Source: a bacterium
GTDB lineage: Bacteria; UBA8248
Reading direction: 5' to 3'
Length of the DNA: 64,000 nt
NCBI GenBank assembly: GCA_963692865.2
Contig: OY843592.1
Location: forward strand, 3,360,001-3,424,000
Shown here: piece by piece, positions 59,995 through 64,000 of the stretch
Numbering within the stretch: the stretch's first letter is position 1
Layout: each line of letters opens with the position of its first letter
Program-made: the position numbers and the translations under genes
The notes under the pieces: generated by a model
What the model was told of the DNA's origin: nothing
The model's input: the letters and a program-made list of their open reading frames with translations, nothing else
Databases searched by the model: none

Positions 59995-61095
59995 TTATTC
60001 TCCAGGGGTCAGATTCACAAGCAAGGCACCGTCCTTTCGTGCTACAAACGTATCATGCGCTTCTTGATATTCTTTTAGAGGGAATCGATGGGTAATGTAC
60101 GGATCCACATGCATTCTACCTGCGTGAATGAGCGCTAAAACCTCATCTCCACAATTGGGATTCGCTCGAACGCCGAAAATATCCATTTCCTCGAGCACGA
60201 CGCGTTTCCATGCCATATCAGGAATGTTTTCCGGTATGCCGGTAATGGCGACTCGCGCACCTTTGCCTCCACAATCGACACTCCACTTGAAGCTATCCGT
60301 GGTGCCAGCCGTCTCCAGCACTACGTCGGCTTTTTTCCCGCTCGTCATTTCATTTATACGTTCCGGCACGCCGCCGTCGCGGTAGCTGACAATTTCAGCT
60401 CCTTGTTCTCCCAAAATCTCGAGCCTTCTGCCACCGCCCACGACAATCACGCGTCCTGCGCCCAACGCCTTGGCGGATTCATACGCGAAAACGCCTATGG
60501 GGCCTGAACCCAATATCACGACCGTATCGCCCGGATTGATGCCTGCGCGCTTCGCCGTCCAGAGACCACAGCCAGCCGGGTCCACGGCCGACCCATGCTC
60601 AAACGACATTCCCTCGGGCATCTTGTGCAATGCGCGTATGTTGTTGACGACATACTCCGCATATGATCCTTGCGTAATATGTCCATATTGCCTGTGGCCC
60701 GTGACTGTATTCCCGTAATTATAGCAGAGGTTATAGCGGCCTATCAGACACATGCGACAGGCGCCGCATCCGGCATGGCTCGTCCCCGCAACGGCATCTC
60801 CCATCTTGAGACCGAACCCCATGGTCATCGGACCCATGGCCACGATTCTGCCGGACCATTCATGCCCCAAAATAGCCGGAAGCTGGGGCGGCCAGTTGGG
60901 GAGGTGACCGCCTTTGATGATCTCGATGTCCGTACCACAAATCGTGGTGCATTCCACTTTTACGAGCACTTCCCCGATGCCCGGTTCCGGAACGGGAACG
61001 GATTGTATTTCCAGATTTTCAGGCGCGGTCATCACGACCGCTTCCATCCTGTCTCCCACCTTTTCACCGTAGCGCACATCAAATTGTGAGGACAT
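59995..61095 (-). CDS. Zinc-dependent alcohol dehydrogenase (MDR family)
   Basis: ICGTD, LGHEWSG, CGACRMC..GRYNLC, GSGPIG. Confidence 0.9.
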   Translation of the reverse strand: MSSQFDVRYGEKVGDRMEAVVMTAPENLEIQSVPVPEPGIGEVLVKVECTTICGTDIEIIKGGHLPNWPPQLPAILGHEWSGRIVAMGPMTMGFGLKMGDAVAGTSHAGCGACRMCLIGRYNLCYNYGNTVTGHRQYGHITQGSYAEYVVNNIRALHKMPEGMSFEHGSAVDPAGCGLWTAKRAGINPGDTVVILGSGPIGVFAYESAKALGAGRVIVVGGGRRLEILGEQGAEIVSYRDGGVPERINEMTSGKKADVVLETAGTTDSFKWSVDCGGKGARVAITGIPENIPDMAWKRVVLEEMDIFGVRANPNCGDEVLALIHAGRMHVDPYITHRFPLKEYQEAHDTFVARKDGALLVNLTPGE

Positions 61096-61221
61096 AAAAT
61101 CTCGCTCTCCTTGGAGCATTGGTTTTCGTGATTAGAATCAATAATGAAAGCAACTATTTTCAAAATCGGATAACTACTTTCATGCAAGTAGTTCAAATCG
61201 ATAAAACTATGAAGCACAATA

Positions 61222-64000
61222 CTAGGCGTTCATTTCTCCTTTCTGTGGAGAATGCACATCCACCTCCTCTCTCGTAAGCCATTTGCCCGTCCATATACGC
61301 CACCAAAATCGCCCCACATCGTTTCCTATCAATGACATGACCGGAACCAGAACAAGTGTTATCACCGTGGCGAAAAGCAGTCCGAAGCATAAACTAATCG
61401 CCATGGGAATCAAGAATTGCGCCTGGAAGCTTTTCTCGAACAACATTGGCCCCAATCCCGCCGCAGTCGTTAATGTGGTCAGAACAATAGCTCTCCATCT
61501 GGCGACACCCGCCTGCTGTAGCGCATCTTCTATCGGCATTCCGTTTTTGATGCTCCGATTTGCGAAATCCAAAAGCACCAGAGAATCATTCACCACAACT
61601 CCGGTAAGAGCCAAGATACCCATCATGCTCAAGATGGAGATATCGAAACCCATGACAATATGCCCCCAAATTGCGCCTACAATTCCAAACGGAATGGCGC
61701 TCATGACGACGAAGGGCTGGAAATAGCTCCTGAACAGCGTGGCCAAAATCGTGAAAATGATGGCAATCGCGAGCGAAAAAGCGCGGAACAGGCTGTCGAA
61801 TGACTCCTGCGTCTCTTTAGCCTGACCCTCAAATCTAACCCCTACCCCGTTATAGCGGTTCAGGAACTTTGGGAAGAAATTCGCATTCAAGTCATTTAGA
61901 ACCTCGGTGGGATTGGCGCGGTCCTGGTCGATTTCGGCCGTTACATTAATCGCCCTTGATCTGGCTACTCGTCTTATGGCATCAAGCCCTTGAATCATAT
62001 CGACTTCCGCCACCTCATGGAAAGGGATTTCCGCCCCCGATGACGTCCTGACCCTCATTTTTCTAATATCTTCCAGAGAACGCCTCTCCTCGGACGGATA
62101 GCGAAGCTTGACCTTCACGTCATCCCGGCCACGTTGCAGACGCAGGACTTGCAGCCCGAAAAAGCGCGCGCGTAACTGACGCCCCAAGTCATCCAGATTC
62201 ACTCCCAGAACGCGGGCCTGTGGCTTCAATGATGTTCGGAACTCAAGCTTTCCAGGCCGGAAATCATCTTGAACATCATATAGGCCGGGATATTTAGTTA
62301 ACTCCCGCTTGAACTCCTGAGTTGCTCTTCTCAAAGTCCCGATGTCATCACCATAAAACTGCACATCTATAGGTTTACCACCGGGCGGTCCTGCTCCTCC
62401 TCCACTGAAAGTAAGGCTCATCACATCGGGAATTTCTCCTGTATTTTCACGCCATCGGTTGATGATTTCCTCCGAGCTGATTCCTCTGGCTTCTGAGGGC
62501 AGCATCTCGATAATCACCTGCGCCATATGACTCCCTCCCACGACGCGCCCGCCGCCTGGGTCAAGATTCTCACCCAGTATTGTAAATACATGTTTGACGA
62601 CTGGTTCACCCGTTTTCGAGCGGACAACTTCGTCAAGAGCAACGGCTGCCTGCTCTATCTTTTGCGCGGCGTTTTGCGTTTGCCGAATCGGGGTTCCCAG
62701 CGGGAACAGAATTTTGGCGTGCACCCAATCGGAATCGATTTTTGGAAAAAACAAAAATCTTACATGCCCGCCAACGGCTAAACCTACCGTCACCATAAAA
62801 ACCACCAAAGCCAGGGAGATGACCAGATACCTGGCGTTGAGGCAAAATTTCAGAATCGGCGCATAAAATCGATGGATGAGCCAGTTTATGGCTCTATCGA
62901 TGGCGTTTCTCATGCGAGATGAGAGCCCACCCGCCCTGGGAGGCCGCACCCAATGCCCCAGATGAGCCGGCAGAATGAATAACGACTCGATGAGAGAAGC
63001 GATTAAGGCGGCGATGATGGCCGCCGGGAGCACCGCCATGAATTTCCCGACCGTTCCTTCCACCATCAGCAAGGGAGCGAAAGCCACAATGGATGTCACG
63101 ACAGTCGCGGTGACCGGCAGGACGACTTCGTAACAGCCGTCAATAGCCGCCTGAACGCGATTTTTCCCTCTTTCCATATGCGAATAGATATTTTCAGCCA
63201 CTACAATGGCGTCGTCCACCAGTATCCCTAAAACCATGATGAAGGCGAACATCGAGAGCATGTTGAGCGTGCCGCCGGAGAAATTCAAGAATCCCAACGC
63301 CGTCAAAAGGGAGACGGGAATTCCCATCGCTACCCAAAAAGAAAGGCGAATGTTCAAAAACAGCCACATGGAGATGAAAACCAAAACGAGTCCGACGCGA
63401 CCGTTTCTCAACAAAAGATCGAGCCGGTCCTGTATCAAACGCGAGGTATCCGCCCAATGGGCCAAATCCAAACCTTCGGGTAGTTCTTTCCGCTTTTTCT
63501 TGACGTATTCAACTACCGTTTTAGAAATCGAAAGCGCATCTTCCTCATCGGTTCGATACACCAGGATGAGCGCAGCCGGTTTACCGTTGAATCGACCCGA
63601 TTTATCGCTGTCTTCAAAAGCGTCGACCACACGGGCAATATCACCGAGTCTCAAAATTGCGCCGTCTTTTTGGGTAAGTAATTCAAGCCGCTCGAACTCA
63701 GGGCCCGTGTAACGCTTTCCCAACGTCCTGATCCTGATTCTCCGCTCCGCAGAACGGATATCTCCGCCTGAGAGTTCCAGCACATTCTTGCGAATGATAT
63801 TCGCGACCCGCTCAAACGTCAGACCATAGCGGCGCAACATCTCCTCAGAGACTTCGATTGAAATTTCCCAATCTCTCAAGCCGCTCAGAACCACCTTTGA
63901 AATGTTGGGCAAATCCAGCAATTCATCTTTGATCTCCGTGGTTTTTCGTTTCAGGACTTCTTCGGACACATTGCCGAACAAGGAAAGACGAACCACTTGA
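61222..64000 (-). CDS. RND efflux transporter permease (AcrB family), 5' part outside the window
   Basis: LGILVDDAIVVAENI, GVVVNDS, LTTLTT, QFLIPMAISL. Confidence 0.92.
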   Translation of the reverse strand, partial: QVVRLSLFGNVSEEVLKRKTTEIKDELLDLPNISKVVLSGLRDWEISIEVSEEMLRRYGLTFERVANIIRKNVLELSGGDIRSAERRIRIRTLGKRYTGPEFERLELLTQKDGAILRLGDIARVVDAFEDSDKSGRFNGKPAALILVYRTDEEDALSISKTVVEYVKKKRKELPEGLDLAHWADTSRLIQDRLDLLLRNGRVGLVLVFISMWLFLNIRLSFWVAMGIPVSLLTALGFLNFSGGTLNMLSMFAFIMVLGILVDDAIVVAENIYSHMERGKNRVQAAIDGCYEVVLPVTATVVTSIVAFAPLLMVEGTVGKFMAVLPAAIIAALIASLIESLFILPAHLGHWVRPPRAGGLSSRMRNAIDRAINWLIHRFYAPILKFCLNARYLVISLALVVFMVTVGLAVGGHVRFLFFPKIDSDWVHAKILFPLGTPIRQTQNAAQKIEQAAVALDEVVRSKTGEPVVKHVFTILGENLDPGGGRVVGGSHMAQVIIEMLPSEARGISSEEIINRWRENTGEIPDVMSLTFSGGGAGPPGGKPIDVQFYGDDIGTLRRATQEFKRELTKYPGLYDVQDDFRPGKLEFRTSLKPQARVLGVNLDDLGRQLRARFFGLQVLRLQRGRDDVKVKLRYPSEERRSLEDIRKMRVRTSSGAEIPFHEVAEVDMIQGLDAIRRVARSRAINVTAEIDQDRANPTEVLNDLNANFFPKFLNRYNGVGVRFEGQAKETQESFDSLFRAFSLAIAIIFTILATLFRSYFQPFVVMSAIPFGIVGAIWGHIVMGFDISILSMMGILALTGVVVNDSLVLLDFANRSIKNGMPIEDALQQAGVARWRAIVLTTLTTAAGLGPMLFEKSFQAQFLIPMAISLCFGLLFATVITLVLVPVMSLIGNDVGRFWWRIWTGKWLTREEVDVHSPQKGEMNA

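Noticed and set aside
55049-64000. Integrative element inserted at tRNA-Ala
   Set aside because: No integrase and no duplicated tRNA 3' end seen; the composition change begins upstream, within nrdJ.

Overview
High-GC bacterial chromosomal window, mostly housekeeping with accessory patches. 1-11 kb: trpFBA-leuCDB-asd-mtnP-hemL-ftsB-tRNA-fMet run and two Gfo/Idh/MocA oxidoreductases. 11-20 kb: a LIV-type ABC transporter with four tandem binding-protein paralogs. 20-41 kb: moaDE, recJ, dacB, a Dpp/Opp transporter, an Fe-S oxidoreductase, a tandem pair of TPR-like genes, and a Fic gene between 203-bp direct repeats. 41-49 kb: lpdA surrounded by REP/MITE-like palindromic DNA, then an islet of toxin-antitoxin and related genes with no integrase. 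51-64 kb: class II ribonucleotide reductase nrdJ, tRNA-Ala(CGC) and a visibly lower-GC cluster (RND transporter, Zn-dehydrogenase, queF, Mo-hydroxylase large subunit). Three observations stand out. (1) A three-copy array of a two-hairpin RNA-like unit lies between nrdJ and tRNA-Ala; it has an invariant 20-nt core and covarying stems, and I cannot assign it to a known family. (2) Two selenoproteins are split at in-frame UGA in the ORF track (a UxxC peroxiredoxin-like protein and a CxxU AhpD-like protein), and both carry a SECIS-like hairpin at the same distance. (3) A small-protein/retropepsin cassette is bracketed by a duplication of the lpdA promoter and first 11 codons. All family assignments come from motif recognition by eye; no database searches were run.
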